This document shows positions 20,415-30,137 of a stretch of DNA of 64,000 nucleotides, one piece after another. How positions within the stretch are numbered: position 1 is the stretch's first letter; each line of letters starts with the position of its first letter. The notes under the pieces are model-generated. The model ran no database searches, had not been told where the DNA came from, and worked only from the letters and a program-made list of their open reading frames with translations. Source of the DNA: a virus; the IMG/VR virus record IMGVR_UViG_3300027833_000015, positions 64,001-128,000 of that record; one strand, written 5' to 3'. The position numbers were made by a program, and so were the translations under genes.

Positions 20415-21790
20415 ACTAGGCGTGGACCCCTTGATGCGAATTTAGAAATAGTCACGACAATTTCGTGTGTGGTGCCTTTGAATATATTTCTACATCTATG
20501 TATCAAATACTTCCCCGACAGTTCTTCATTAAAAGCATCGGGAGAGTCTTCGTCTGTATTAGAATTCAAGAAGTCGATCATAACTGTATCGCCCACAGAG
20601 ACACCAGAGTTACCATCGCGCAGTGCCTGCATGAAAGCAATTCCTGGTATTACTATATCAAACATATTCTTGTTTAGCATACTTTTGACAGCGGGTCCAC
20701 GAAGTTTGTTTACATTGTCAGACGCATCCTGCGTGTCGTGATAACTATTCACGGAACCATATGTACCATAGGATGTTATCGTGCAGTATTCACGAGAGTT
20801 CAATTCATGCATGGACTTTTCTTTGCCACCAACTCTTAGTTTATTGTCTTCGTCATAGATGTTTTGGTTCGCGCCAAACGGAACCACTCGCATTTTCTCC
20901 AATCTCGAAAGGTGTTCTTTGATGGAGTAATGTTTCCTATCCACATCACTTGTGTATGTGTCGACAGTTTTTATAGAAGAACCGATAGAACCTTCGTACA
21001 CCATCTTCAGCGTGTCTTGTATATTCTCAACCTTGATGCCCTTGACTGTGACCCCCTGTTCCGACAGGTTGCTCCCCCCTACATCTGCTGCTGCTGCTGC
21101 GGAGTAGATGAGAGGGACATCTTCATTGTAGGTTGGCGCGTTCATCATTTGCTCAAGGTTGCCAAAACGAACAGTGTCTCTGCCATCTACTTGGTCGTAG
21201 ATAGTTTGCCAAGTATAGAACGGGGAACCAATCAAAGTTGTGGCGCGATCGAGCAACCACTCAACTGTCTCGAGAGGAGTGAGGTATGGGATAAGAACCT
21301 TCACTGGACCTTGTAGGGAAGACCACCCACCTGTATATGATATATCAACGTCAACGTCAAGATGGTTCTTCAACACTGCCTCGGCAGTCAGTTCGAGTTT
21401 TCCTGTATACGATCGAGATACCCTTATGTTGGGATCGCGATATGCGTGAGGAGAGATAAGGTTGATGTGATATATTTCTGTTCGGTCAGTCACCTTGTTC
21501 GTCAGTATAATTGAAACGAGATTGAGTACGATAGTGAAACTCAAATTACCAACAGACTCATCAGCAGACTCAATAGTGAACCGAATCTGTTCTGTGCCGA
21601 GAGGTTTTATCTCATCAAAGACTCCAATGTCATCCATGCAAACGAGTTGCGCGGTCACATAAGGTCGCTCGATGTCTTCAAAGAAGGACAACTCACCGAT
21701 GTAGTTGGTGATATTATATTCTTTATCGAGTCTGTCAGCAAATATCACTGCTTCGGTGATCTTATACTCTTGTGCTCGCTGCAACGCCAT
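20411..21790 (-). CDS. Baseplate hub protein (gp27-like)
   Basis: Position, size, FFEDIERPYVT, and C-terminal VGDTV..SGKYLIHRCRN..F. Confidence 0.65.
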   Translation of the reverse strand: MALQRAQEYKITEAVIFADRLDKEYNITNYIGELSFFEDIERPYVTAQLVCMDDIGVFDEIKPLGTEQIRFTIESADESVGNLSFTIVLNLVSIILTNKVTDRTEIYHINLISPHAYRDPNIRVSRSYTGKLELTAEAVLKNHLDVDVDISYTGGWSSLQGPVKVLIPYLTPLETVEWLLDRATTLIGSPFYTWQTIYDQVDGRDTVRFGNLEQMMNAPTYNEDVPLIYSAAAAADVGGSNLSEQGVTVKGIKVENIQDTLKMVYEGSIGSSIKTVDTYTSDVDRKHYSIKEHLSRLEKMRVVPFGANQNIYDEDNKLRVGGKEKSMHELNSREYCTITSYGTYGSVNSYHDTQDASDNVNKLRGPAVKSMLNKNMFDIVIPGIAFMQALRDGNSGVSVGDTVMIDFLNSNTDEDSPDAFNEELSGKYLIHRCRNIFKGTTHEIVVTISKFASRGPRLV

Positions 21791-22659
21791 TACAATCTCT
21801 GCTTCAATAGCATGTTGAATTCAGAGATAACAGTGAGTACTGTTTCGGGACGAAGAATCGAGATGGTACGTTTTTCGTCATTGAGATCTTGGAGTCTCTG
21901 GAGGTATGATATAGACTGCATGGTGCTCACTGAAGTCCAGTCGAACGCATACGGTGCTGTTGCAGAGAATGATGGAAACACCCAATCTTTTTTGGAATCT
22001 TCATAGTGGTGTATTGCATCATGACCAGCGTATGATTTCTCTATTGAAGTTGTCTCGATAACCTGTGGTTCGAACGTGGGGTTTGCTGTTAATTGATCAG
22101 CGATATATGTTGAGGCATCAGCAGCAGAGATAACATGCAATGCGTCTCCCCGTCCGAGTGGAGCGCAACCAGTACAATCCAACCATAAAGTTGCGAGGTT
22201 ATCATCTATTCGAATTATCTGAGCAGCAAATTTTGTTTCTGGGGCATACACCCAAGACCCCACTAGAAAATTGTCCGAGGAGCAAAGCGGTGCCTCAGAG
22301 ACACCCCCAAACTGTTGTATTATACTAATACCGTTGGTGCTCAACGCCATGTTCGGGTAATACTCTATTGAGCGTTCATAAACTTCCCAGTCAGCAAGTG
22401 GCCAACCGTTCGTTCTTAGATGTTCGTTGTTGAGGAACAATGTCCAATAGTAGTCGGTTGTACCATAAACCTCGTACGAGAGTTGGTCTGGTCGCTGGTT
22501 GCTCTTGATATAATACGACTGATAATATATGTGCTCCTCGCGGAGTTGGTCGAATGTATCAATGAACACCGATAAGTTTTGGAAAGAAACAGGTGCTTCA
22601 TGATCTCCAAAATTATAATCGACGGTGGGAAACTTTTCAAAAAACTTAGTACCTGACAT
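21790..22659 (-). CDS. 53: Baseplate wedge subunit gp53
   Basis: FFEKFPTVDY, RPDQLSYEVYG..YYWT..WPL, HHYED, NDEKRTISILRP. Confidence 0.9.
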   Translation of the reverse strand: MSGTKFFEKFPTVDYNFGDHEAPVSFQNLSVFIDTFDQLREEHIYYQSYYIKSNQRPDQLSYEVYGTTDYYWTLFLNNEHLRTNGWPLADWEVYERSIEYYPNMALSTNGISIIQQFGGVSEAPLCSSDNFLVGSWVYAPETKFAAQIIRIDDNLATLWLDCTGCAPLGRGDALHVISAADASTYIADQLTANPTFEPQVIETTSIEKSYAGHDAIHHYEDSKKDWVFPSFSATAPYAFDWTSVSTMQSISYLQRLQDLNDEKRTISILRPETVLTVISEFNMLLKQRL

Positions 22660-23423
22660 TAGAATCCGAATCCTATATCTTTTCTGCTTAGTGGTTTAGA
22701 CTCCATAAAGGTCATGGCGATGTCTATCTCTGCGAAATATGGTTTGCCGTTCTTTCCGCGCAGGAATGTTTGATTCGCTGAGTTGTAACTTGTCGTGAAC
22801 GAATCCAGATATGCGGGTGCTATCTTTTGTGCTGGGAGTTCTTTGTTGCCATAGAATTGCTGTATAAAGAACCTGTCTGGAAAGTTATAACCAGCACTGG
22901 CGTTGATGCCGAGACCCTGTGCTTGTATCATAGAAGGATACAACTCAGTCCTGAAAACTTTGATTATCCGTCCAATCATTTCTGCTTCTGCTTCAGACAC
23001 AGGTTGTAATTTGAATTGGAAAGAGAATGAGCGCAGATTGACCTGCTTAAATAATGCGCGAGTGTTTGGGTTTGGTGCCACCTTGTTTCTTGCCCTTGCT
23101 ACCTCTGCTGCTCCTGGAGAGAAAGTCTTCGTGATACCGTTGACAAGCAGTCCCTGAATACCTTTGTCGGCAAGTTGCTCGGAAGGTATACTGAAATCAG
23201 GGGCAGCATTTCCGTCAGCAATTGCACCACCTACTGCACCGAGTTCAGCGTTCTCATATTCTACCTTGTCGGCATACTGGACGCCTTGAGGGAGGAACAA
23301 GTGTATTGTGTTACCTTTAAACTTCGCATTGTCAGTATCACTACGCTCAAGTGAGTCAACCAATGAGAATCGGATTTCTCCTTTATACGACTCAGCGTCG
23401 AGGGGGAACCTTAATTCTGCCAT
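22659..23423 (-). CDS. 48: Baseplate tail-tube cap gp48
   Basis: LRFPLD, NPNTRALFKQVNLRSFSFQFKLQP. Confidence 0.85.
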   Translation of the reverse strand: MAELRFPLDAESYKGEIRFSLVDSLERSDTDNAKFKGNTIHLFLPQGVQYADKVEYENAELGAVGGAIADGNAAPDFSIPSEQLADKGIQGLLVNGITKTFSPGAAEVARARNKVAPNPNTRALFKQVNLRSFSFQFKLQPVSEAEAEMIGRIIKVFRTELYPSMIQAQGLGINASAGYNFPDRFFIQQFYGNKELPAQKIAPAYLDSFTTSYNSANQTFLRGKNGKPYFAEIDIAMTFMESKPLSRKDIGFGF

Positions 23424-23456
23424 CTTCTTCTGCCTAAATAGGTTTATCTTTCAATC

Positions 23457-23464
23457 TATTTATA
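23457..23464 (-). promoter_or_regulatory. Late promoter TATAAATA upstream of gp48; a divergent CTAAATA variant near 23434 may serve gp4
   Basis: Exact consensus in the divergent intergenic gap. Confidence 0.7.
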
Positions 23465-23468
23465 CACC

Positions 23469-23978
23469 ATGAACAAGACTTATAAAGGCAAATACAAAGT
23501 CAAGAACCCAAAGAAGTATAAAGGGGACGTGAACAACGTTGTCTATAGAAGTGGTTGGGAACGTGATGTGATGGTATACCTTGACGACCACACTGGTGTT
23601 GCTGAGTGGAACAGTGAAGATTTTATAATAAGATACTTCTATGAAGTTGATAAGAAGAACCACAACTACCACATGGACTTCTGGATAAAGTTCACCAACG
23701 GAACTATCCTACTTGTTGAAGTCAAACCCAAACGTCAGACAGAACCACCCAAGTCTAAGAACCCTCGGTCAAAGAGGGGACTCACAGAAGCGTTCGCGTA
23801 CATAAAGAACCGCAACAAGTGGGATGCAGCAGAGAAGGTTGCCAAGGATAATGGTTATGGTTTTGTTATCTGGACAGAAGTCGAGTTGACAGAAATGGGC
23901 ATCCTCAAGAAAACTCCTGGCACCATCAAGAAACTGAAACCGATGGCACCTTACCGCAAGAAGAAGAAAAAGACTTAA
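23469..23978 (+). CDS. 4: Head completion nuclease gp4
   Basis: YKGKYKVKNPKKYKGD..YRSGWE, YHMDF, LVEVKP, NKWDAA. Confidence 0.92.
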   Translation: MNKTYKGKYKVKNPKKYKGDVNNVVYRSGWERDVMVYLDDHTGVAEWNSEDFIIRYFYEVDKKNHNYHMDFWIKFTNGTILLVEVKPKRQTEPPKSKNPRSKRGLTEAFAYIKNRNKWDAAEKVAKDNGYGFVIWTEVELTEMGILKKTPGTIKKLKPMAPYRKKKKKT

Positions 23979-25834
23979 CCTCTTCGTCTCCTGTCGGTTC
24001 GATCGCTGGCATCCATAGCATTCGGCATAGCACCACGGTGAGTCGTGTTGCTCACATTCGTTGTGGTTGACGGTGCGTTGACCGCGACAGCAGCACCCCC
24101 TCCAGCACCTGCAAGATCAGACTTACCATCATTCATCTTTGTTGTGCTTTGCTGCATTTGAGCAGAGGCAGCAAGGGAAGTGCCAGAACCTGCCATGGAA
24201 GGTCTAACTGTCTCCACTTCCTGTCCATATGTATCAGCAAACATAGATGCCTTTTCAAAATCATCGAATGTCTCAACTTGTCCAGACATAGGGTCAAACA
24301 CCCTGAACGTAGATCCTTCACTACCTGCTGGTGCTTTGATCGAACCTGACATTGGGAGACCAGTTACAGGGTCGCGTTGCATGGCAGTAGCGACAGTTGC
24401 CGTCTTCGAAGACGGTTCGCTAATACCCATCTCTGCTTGGATCTGAGCGAGTTCTTCGGGTGGGATTGATGCCAAAAATGCATCGCTTTTTGCCTTTGAT
24501 GCTGCTGCATTCACTTTTGCTTGTGCTGCCTCATCTGGTGTCATTTCAGGCGAGACCTGCTTTATTGCAGCAAGTAGTGAGTCATCACCAGACGGTGCCG
24601 ACCCTCCTGTCATTTGCCTCAACATGTCTTTGACCAACTTCATCTGGTCGTCAGAGAGGTCATCGTCGTTTACGATTGCCTGTAGTTGTTCTGGTGTGGC
24701 ACTCGCAAGCATGCTCTCATCTACCACTGAGTCAACGTTACCAGTAAGTCCTACTGTGTTCTTCTCATACAGACCAGAGTTTTTCGCTGCTCTCTCAGCA
24801 TCATTTTGTTGCCCTTGATCTAATTCTATCACAGGTGCTTCGGGTTCAGTCGATTCGGGAAATGATATACCCAAGAACTTTGCTGCGGTGGCACCGATGT
24901 CTATGATCCAATCGATGAATGCACCAATCCCGTCGAACATTGCTGCCATACCTTTCCGTGCAGGTTCAAAGTTTTCCCAGACTTTCATGACATATCCCCC
25001 TACCGTCTTTGCGATGTCGACGAAAACGTCTTGAATGTCACCCATAAGAGAGAAGAAGTCACTGACAATAGCAGACAAAGTATCAAAGATGGTGAATGAA
25101 TCGAGGAAATCACTGACGAAGTTTCCTTCACCAAGTATAGAAGTTGCAATGTAAGACAGTCCGTCTTTGAGGAAGTCGAGAGGCAATGTGACAACTTTCA
25201 AGATACCTTGAAAGAATCCCTCAATTCCTGCCATAAGTTTTTCGGCAAAGGATCCTTCGTTGGCGTTAAAATAATCGAATGCTTGCATCAACCCATATAC
25301 AACTGCACCAATTGCAACACCAACTGCCAGTATGACAGGGATGAGGGGAATTATTACTGCTGTCATGGTACCAAACGCTGCACCAAGTCCACCCATCATT
25401 GCCGAGATAGGGAGAAAACTATCGAGCAGTCCTTCAACACCATCTTCACCCGCACCCTCTTTGCCTTTGTTGAATTCAGAAAGAAACTTGCTGCCCTTCT
25501 TTTCATCTTCCCCTTCGGGGTCTTTGTTTCTCTTTTTCTTTTTGGCGGCAAGTGCATCTGCGTCCAGTTCAGCATCTGACATTTCGAGCGCAGTAGCGAT
25601 TTGATTTTGACTGGCAATTTCAATGGTAGCAGGTATCACATCTAAGAAAGTCAACAGGATTCCTTCGATACGCAGGAGGGTCTGTGACATGAGATCCATC
25701 GAGTTGCCGTTGACTTCCTCAAGACTCTCAAACGTGCCTTCGATACTCTCGAATTGCGCGTCCATCAAAGCAGGAAGGTTTTGATTGAACAAAACCAACT
25801 CCTTTGATACACCTTCCAATATACTGTCTGCCAT
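23975..25834 (-). CDS. Putative tape-measure/baseplate hub protein (gp29-like)
   Basis: Helical N-terminus, hydrophobic Gly/Ala-rich stretch with F/W spacing, C-terminal VAVNAP-S-TTTN; ATG at 25834 is coupled (TAATG) to the upstream ORF. Confidence 0.55.
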   Translation of the reverse strand: MADSILEGVSKELVLFNQNLPALMDAQFESIEGTFESLEEVNGNSMDLMSQTLLRIEGILLTFLDVIPATIEIASQNQIATALEMSDAELDADALAAKKKKRNKDPEGEDEKKGSKFLSEFNKGKEGAGEDGVEGLLDSFLPISAMMGGLGAAFGTMTAVIIPLIPVILAVGVAIGAVVYGLMQAFDYFNANEGSFAEKLMAGIEGFFQGILKVVTLPLDFLKDGLSYIATSILGEGNFVSDFLDSFTIFDTLSAIVSDFFSLMGDIQDVFVDIAKTVGGYVMKVWENFEPARKGMAAMFDGIGAFIDWIIDIGATAAKFLGISFPESTEPEAPVIELDQGQQNDAERAAKNSGLYEKNTVGLTGNVDSVVDESMLASATPEQLQAIVNDDDLSDDQMKLVKDMLRQMTGGSAPSGDDSLLAAIKQVSPEMTPDEAAQAKVNAAASKAKSDAFLASIPPEELAQIQAEMGISEPSSKTATVATAMQRDPVTGLPMSGSIKAPAGSEGSTFRVFDPMSGQVETFDDFEKASMFADTYGQEVETVRPSMAGSGTSLAASAQMQQSTTKMNDGKSDLAGAGGGAAVAVNAPSTTTNVSNTTHRGAMPNAMDASDRTDRRRRG

Positions 25835-26025
25835 TATCGTGCCGCCTTTCTCTGTTCCGCTTTCTCGTTTTCTTCTTTTATGTACTGAGTAAGCAACGCA
25901 ATGTAGATTGCCCTCTCCCACGGTAACATATTATCCAACTCCGTCAAACTATAATTATGGTGTTGCATCAAAGCGAAATTGGTCTTGTAATGGTTTACAA
26001 GGTTATCATGAGACAGGGTTATTAG
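25834..26025 (-). CDS. gp51-like baseplate assembly ORF, in the -1 frame of gp26
   Basis: Translated by hand: LITLSHDNLVNHYKTNFALMQHHNYSLTELDNMLPWERAIYIALLTQYIKEENEKAEQRKAAR*; resembles the short T4-like ORF usually annotated gp51. Confidence 0.8.
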   Translation of the reverse strand, partial: LITLSHDNLVNHYKTNFALMQHHNYSLTELDNMLPWERAIYIALLTQYIKEENEKAEQRKAAR

Positions 26026-26771
26026 AAAAAATCAGATAACCCTTTCAACTCTACAGCGTTTTTGCTTCCACATTTAGTACACTCGAATTCCGCATTGTGT
26101 TTCAATGCAGGCATATTTTCTAAAAAGTCTGTCATCACCTTTAACTGATTCGCTGTCATATTATCGACAAACGCGATCATGTCTTCTAAGGATTCGTTTT
26201 TCGAATCAATTCTTTCGTCCTGTGTCAGAACAGCACCGATACAACTCGCCAGCAGTTCAATTACATTGGTGGACTTTTTCTCTTCTGCTTGAGAGACGCC
26301 CTCGCGTATCATAGTCTCATACGTGGGATACTTCATCTCCACAGATATTTCTGGTGTTATAACGACAACATTACCACCATCAGCAGCAGAGACAGATAAC
26401 TGGTCGAGGTCTATCGTGTATTCATTTTGCTCACCACAAGTTGTTCGCTTTGGGTTTATACCATCAATCAATGAAGTGCACGAGATCATTATCGTGGATG
26501 TTTCCCCTACAGACTTTGACCGTAGTTGGGTAAACATAAACTCGATGTCGAACGTGGCGAGTTGCTCTACATTTAAGTTTGCCTTTGGATCCACGCATGC
26601 GTTCAGAGTATCTGCCATGGCAGACAAACACATATGCATATCCTTTGACTCAAACGCTTGTAGTAATATCTTCTCTTCTTTGACCAAGTATGGTCGGTAT
26701 TTGACACGCTGCCCAGTTGAGGGGATTGTCATATTAAAATTCAGCGTTTCGTTAATCTTGGGTAATGCCAT
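26022..26771 (-). CDS. 26: Baseplate hub assembly protein gp26
   Basis: MALPKI..IPSTG..YRPYLVKEEKILL, FDIEFMFTQLRSKSVGE, CxxC, ends GLSDFF. Confidence 0.9.
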   Translation of the reverse strand: MALPKINETLNFNMTIPSTGQRVKYRPYLVKEEKILLQAFESKDMHMCLSAMADTLNACVDPKANLNVEQLATFDIEFMFTQLRSKSVGETSTIMISCTSLIDGINPKRTTCGEQNEYTIDLDQLSVSAADGGNVVVITPEISVEMKYPTYETMIREGVSQAEEKKSTNVIELLASCIGAVLTQDERIDSKNESLEDMIAFVDNMTANQLKVMTDFLENMPALKHNAEFECTKCGSKNAVELKGLSDFF

Positions 26772-26816
26772 TATATTAAACTCCAGTTCAATTGTGTAAT
26801 AAAGTATGTATGTATA

Positions 26817-27407
26817 TCAAAGCAAATCAAATCGATCGATTTGATCCTGCTTCTTCACAAGGTAATTTGAGTATGTAAAGTTTACAGTCAATTCCATTCC
26901 TGCTGTCTGTGCTTGATTATTTAGGTCTATCTCCGACATAGATATTGGATATGCCTTTATCAACTCCGTTTCGAATACGACAGAACCTGTCTTGTCCTTA
27001 TTCAGTTGGTATATGGTGACACTCTTCGCATAGTTTTCGTGGAACCCTGCCTCGAATGGTGGTGTTGGTGTTACTATACAATCCATCCACTCTTGGAAAT
27101 ATGTGCGAGCAGAATAGTCATTAGTCATATAGAAGGTTAGGTTGACCTCTTGGAAGTTGAATCCGTTGGCGACCTTGATCTGTTCCATACCGATCACCCT
27201 CTCCGCTGTGGTGATATTCTTTCCAGGAATTTTAGCAGCAGTACAAAGGTCACTCAGGTCTCGTCTGTCGACCAAATCATTTGCTGTGCCGCCAGCAGGT
27301 TTTACTGTACCCGAAAGTGTAGGGAGCAGTATTTTATATCGGTTTGACGATGCAAGTCCACCACTGGCGTCTATAACTCCCCTCAGTCTGTCTGTACTAA
27401 ATCTCAT
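26817..27407 (-). CDS. Tail tube-like protein (gp54/gp19 family)
   Basis: GGLASSNRY, LCTAAKIPG, VNLTFY, YFQEW, AYPISMSEIDL, VNFTY. Confidence 0.75.
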   Translation of the reverse strand: MRFSTDRLRGVIDASGGLASSNRYKILLPTLSGTVKPAGGTANDLVDRRDLSDLCTAAKIPGKNITTAERVIGMEQIKVANGFNFQEVNLTFYMTNDYSARTYFQEWMDCIVTPTPPFEAGFHENYAKSVTIYQLNKDKTGSVVFETELIKAYPISMSEIDLNNQAQTAGMELTVNFTYSNYLVKKQDQIDRFDLL

Positions 27408-28009
27408 ATTGGTTTCCTTGCCATTATCCTGCTCTCTTTATGCACTTTGCTTTCAGTTGCCTTCCTAAAGTATGCTGTTGGGAGATGCACTGCAACTTCC
27501 CATTCATTGGCAGGTACATTAGCAACCCTTCCTATCATATTCGAATACCGATACCGTTTGATGCAGGGTCTGTGTGCCTTCAGAAACGTCTTGCCTTGCA
27601 GATAGTCATAGTTGATCTTGAGTCTTGTCTTTGGTCCAAAATTATCTAACTGCGTAGTCGCTCGAGGTAGAAGGTTGTAGTACAACCGTTGCCTCAAGTC
27701 TATCGGGAGATAGTGCAGGTTGAGTCCAAGAAACCCTTCCTTGTATAATTCCAACATTATAACCAGAGGGAACCTGTCGTAGTATCTCAATGTCATTATG
27801 TTCTTCGGTTTATAGAAGAACATGTACATCCTACCGATGAAGTAAGTTGCCGCCACTGGCATCTGCGTCTTTATCTTGTTTCGGTTGACGTCCAGACCAT
27901 TTATCTCATCCATCTTATCAAAGAACCAATCACGGGATGCCTTTGTGTTAGCATCCAGACCTTCTGCTTCGAGTTGTTGCTTGTATATTTCGAATTGGTT
28001 CTCATCCAT
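27404..28009 (-). CDS. 2: DNA end protector protein gp2
   Basis: GRMYMFFYKPK..YYDRFPL..GFLGLNLHYLP, PCIKRY, LPTAYF. Confidence 0.92.
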   Translation of the reverse strand: MDENQFEIYKQQLEAEGLDANTKASRDWFFDKMDEINGLDVNRNKIKTQMPVAATYFIGRMYMFFYKPKNIMTLRYYDRFPLVIMLELYKEGFLGLNLHYLPIDLRQRLYYNLLPRATTQLDNFGPKTRLKINYDYLQGKTFLKAHRPCIKRYRYSNMIGRVANVPANEWEVAVHLPTAYFRKATESKVHKESRIMARKPI

Positions 28010-28015
28010 ACTGTT

Positions 28016-28023
28016 TATTTATA
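28016..28023 (-). promoter_or_regulatory. Late promoter TATAAATA upstream of gp2
   Basis: Exact consensus. Confidence 0.7.
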
Positions 28024-28050
28024 TAGATCGGAAGACTGTTTTTGAGGAAT

Positions 28051-28075
28051 AAAAAAAGCACCCCGCAGGGTGCTT
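28051..28075 (-). terminator. Rho-independent terminator after gene 32
   Basis: AAGCACCC-TGCG-GGGTGCTT followed by a T tract on the minus strand. Confidence 0.9.
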
Positions 28076-28098
28076 GCATAATCGAACAGATCTAGATG

Positions 28099-29013
28099 TT
28101 AGTCAGCGTTGGCCAACTTCTGGAAGTATGAGAAAGCATCCTCATCACCACCGTCGCCTGCTTCTTCAGCAGTGGCAGCAGCACTTACAGCAACCTCTGG
28201 TTCACGAGCAGTCGGGGCAGAAGGTGCCTCTTCAACTTTATCGATAGCAACGTCACCAGCAATTGTGGTTGGTGCAGTCTGTCCTAACACTTCAAACAGT
28301 TTAGTCTGTAGTGCGTCGAAAGACTTGTAGTTTGCTGGATCGATATACTGGTTGATATCGTGCAGACCATTCATAGTGGTTTGCAGTTCAGTTTCATTAC
28401 CACCGTGGAGTTCAGATGCTGCCTTGAACTCAGAACGATCGTAGTTGCGGTATCCCTCAACCTGACGGATCTTCAACTGGAAGTCAGCACCGTTCCAAAG
28501 ATCGAAAGGATCTACAGGAGTTTCTCCTGGGAACTGAGGTGACATCATGTCTTGGATCTTATCAAAGATCTTCTTACCGAACTGATACATGAAGACTTTG
28601 CCTTCGTTCTCAGGGGCAGATGGATCTGATACAACAAGGATGTTGCAGACGTAGTGAAGTCGACGCTTCTGTTTACGAACAGTCTCGCGGTCTTCCTCGT
28701 TGCCAGAGTTCCACAGTTTGGTGTTGTACTCGCCAAGAGGGTCTTGGTTGCCGAGGGAAGTCAGTGACTTCTCGATGTACCACTTACCAGTTGGTCCTTT
28801 GAAACCGTGGTCCCAGTATCGTACCCAAGGCACTTCGTTTTCAGAAGGGAGGAATCGGATGACAGCATAACCATTCTGCGCTTTGTCTACAGTTGGTTTC
28901 CAGATGTCTGGGTTGTCTTTGCGATCGGTTTTATCACCGCCACCTGCTTCTTGTGCAGCAGAGACGAGTTTGTTGATGTCATAACGACGTGATTTTAATT
29001 TACTAATATCCAT
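28099..29013 (-). CDS. 32: Single-stranded DNA-binding protein gp32
   Basis: WKPTVDKAQNGYAVIRFLP, HGFKGPTGKWYIEKS, FGKKIFDKI, YRNYDRSEF, acidic tail ending SYFQKLA. Confidence 0.97.
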   Translation of the reverse strand: MDISKLKSRRYDINKLVSAAQEAGGGDKTDRKDNPDIWKPTVDKAQNGYAVIRFLPSENEVPWVRYWDHGFKGPTGKWYIEKSLTSLGNQDPLGEYNTKLWNSGNEEDRETVRKQKRRLHYVCNILVVSDPSAPENEGKVFMYQFGKKIFDKIQDMMSPQFPGETPVDPFDLWNGADFQLKIRQVEGYRNYDRSEFKAASELHGGNETELQTTMNGLHDINQYIDPANYKSFDALQTKLFEVLGQTAPTTIAGDVAIDKVEEAPSAPTAREPEVAVSAAATAEEAGDGGDEDAFSYFQKLANAD

Positions 29014-29099
29014 ATTGGATCCTTATATTGCTGAAGTATGATTGTATTCGCCCGACAGTATTAGTCGAACATGCTTGGCAGTATGCGCCAAGAGTATCT

Positions 29100-29128
29100 A
29101 TAATAACCGAACGGGATTGATATGTCAA
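29100..29128 (-). promoter_or_regulatory. Sigma70-type promoter for gene 32
   Basis: TTGACA-17 nt-TATTAT. Confidence 0.7.
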
Positions 29129-29138
29129 CAGATGATTA

Positions 29139-29383
29139 TTATTCAAATGGCAACTCTGCTGATTTCTCTAAAAAGTTTAGACTCATCGCTTCTGCTTCCA
29201 ACTTTGCCTTGATGACAGTTGATACATACTTGCGAGCATCTTCCACTTCGATCTTATTTTCTTCACAGCAATGAATGACCGCATCGATGTACGACAGTCG
29301 GTGTTCTTGAACTGCTACTTCAACAAGTTTGCTGAACTTTGACTTGGTCAAGAACTCAAGAGCAGGATTGACTTCTTCAGTCA
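29139..29383 (-). CDS. 33: Late-transcription coactivator gp33
   Basis: SYIDAVIHCCEENKIEVE..IKAKLEAEAMSLNFL..LPF; start at MTEEV. Confidence 0.85.
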
Positions 29384-29553
29384 TCTGCTTCTCCGTCTTT
29401 CTGCTCGGGTGCAACCGTAATGACCTGTGAATCTTTTTGCAGATCTTGAATCATTTTCGATACTTGACCGTATGGTTGCGACATAAGATAGTCGACTATA
29501 CTGTTGAACATTGGGCGGGATAAACCAACCAGTGTGTTTTCTTCGCTTTCCAT
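29376..29553 (-). CDS. Small hypothetical protein (about 58 aa)
   Basis: MESEENTLVGLSRPMFNSIVDYLMSQPYGQVS...; GGAG RBS; boundaries approximate. Confidence 0.55.
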
Positions 29554-29561
29554 ATTATCTC

Positions 29562-30137
29562 CTAATTGTACTCAGCGGCAAGTTCTTCTGTCCAGACTTC
29601 GTCGAGGTCAGGGTAGAACATACCCAGTGTGCGCTTGACAGACCCATCAGGGTTGTACGCATTCACGATTGATATGATGTTCATAGTTCCTTCTCTATTT
29701 GCACCATACTTGTGGTCAAGGTAGATACCGTCCTTGATGTATATTGCGAGGTTCTTTACATATGCCTCTGCGACCTGATACTCACGACGAGCGTTTGTAT
29801 CTTTTGAATCTTTCTGGTCACGCATTGCTCGCAGTTTATCTCGCCAATCTTTGAGTATCACCTTGGTGTTATTATAACTCAGCGGATGTGCGTCATCGAG
29901 AGCAGCAACGTCAGGGTGGCAGTTAGGTGCCTTGCCTGCATTCTTCTTCTCTCGTGCTGCTGCCAACCTTGCAACTGCTGCTGCTTTCTGCTCAGGGGAC
30001 ATCGGTTTACGAGTCCTCTTCACTTTGGTTGGTTTACGAGGAGCAACACCCATTTGTTCGAGCATTGCTACTTGTTTCTCTTCCTTCTTCTTGGCGCGTT
30101 TCTGCGCTGGAGTCAGGAGGTGGTCCATATCACTCAT
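29562..30137 (-). CDS. Hypothetical protein
   Basis: Basic N-terminus RKPMSPEQKAAAVARLAAARE; ATG coupled to the upstream stop. Confidence 0.65.
   Translation of the reverse strand: MSDMDHLLTPAQKRAKKKEEKQVAMLEQMGVAPRKPTKVKRTRKPMSPEQKAAAVARLAAAREKKNAGKAPNCHPDVAALDDAHPLSYNNTKVILKDWRDKLRAMRDQKDSKDTNARREYQVAEAYVKNLAIYIKDGIYLDHKYGANREGTMNIISIVNAYNPDGSVKRTLGMFYPDLDEVWTEELAAEYN

Noticed and set aside
25835-25921. GTG-start N-terminal extension of the 648-aa ORF in the ORF track
   Set aside because: It overlaps the gp51-like ORF; the ATG at 25834 is coupled to that ORF's stop and is the better start.
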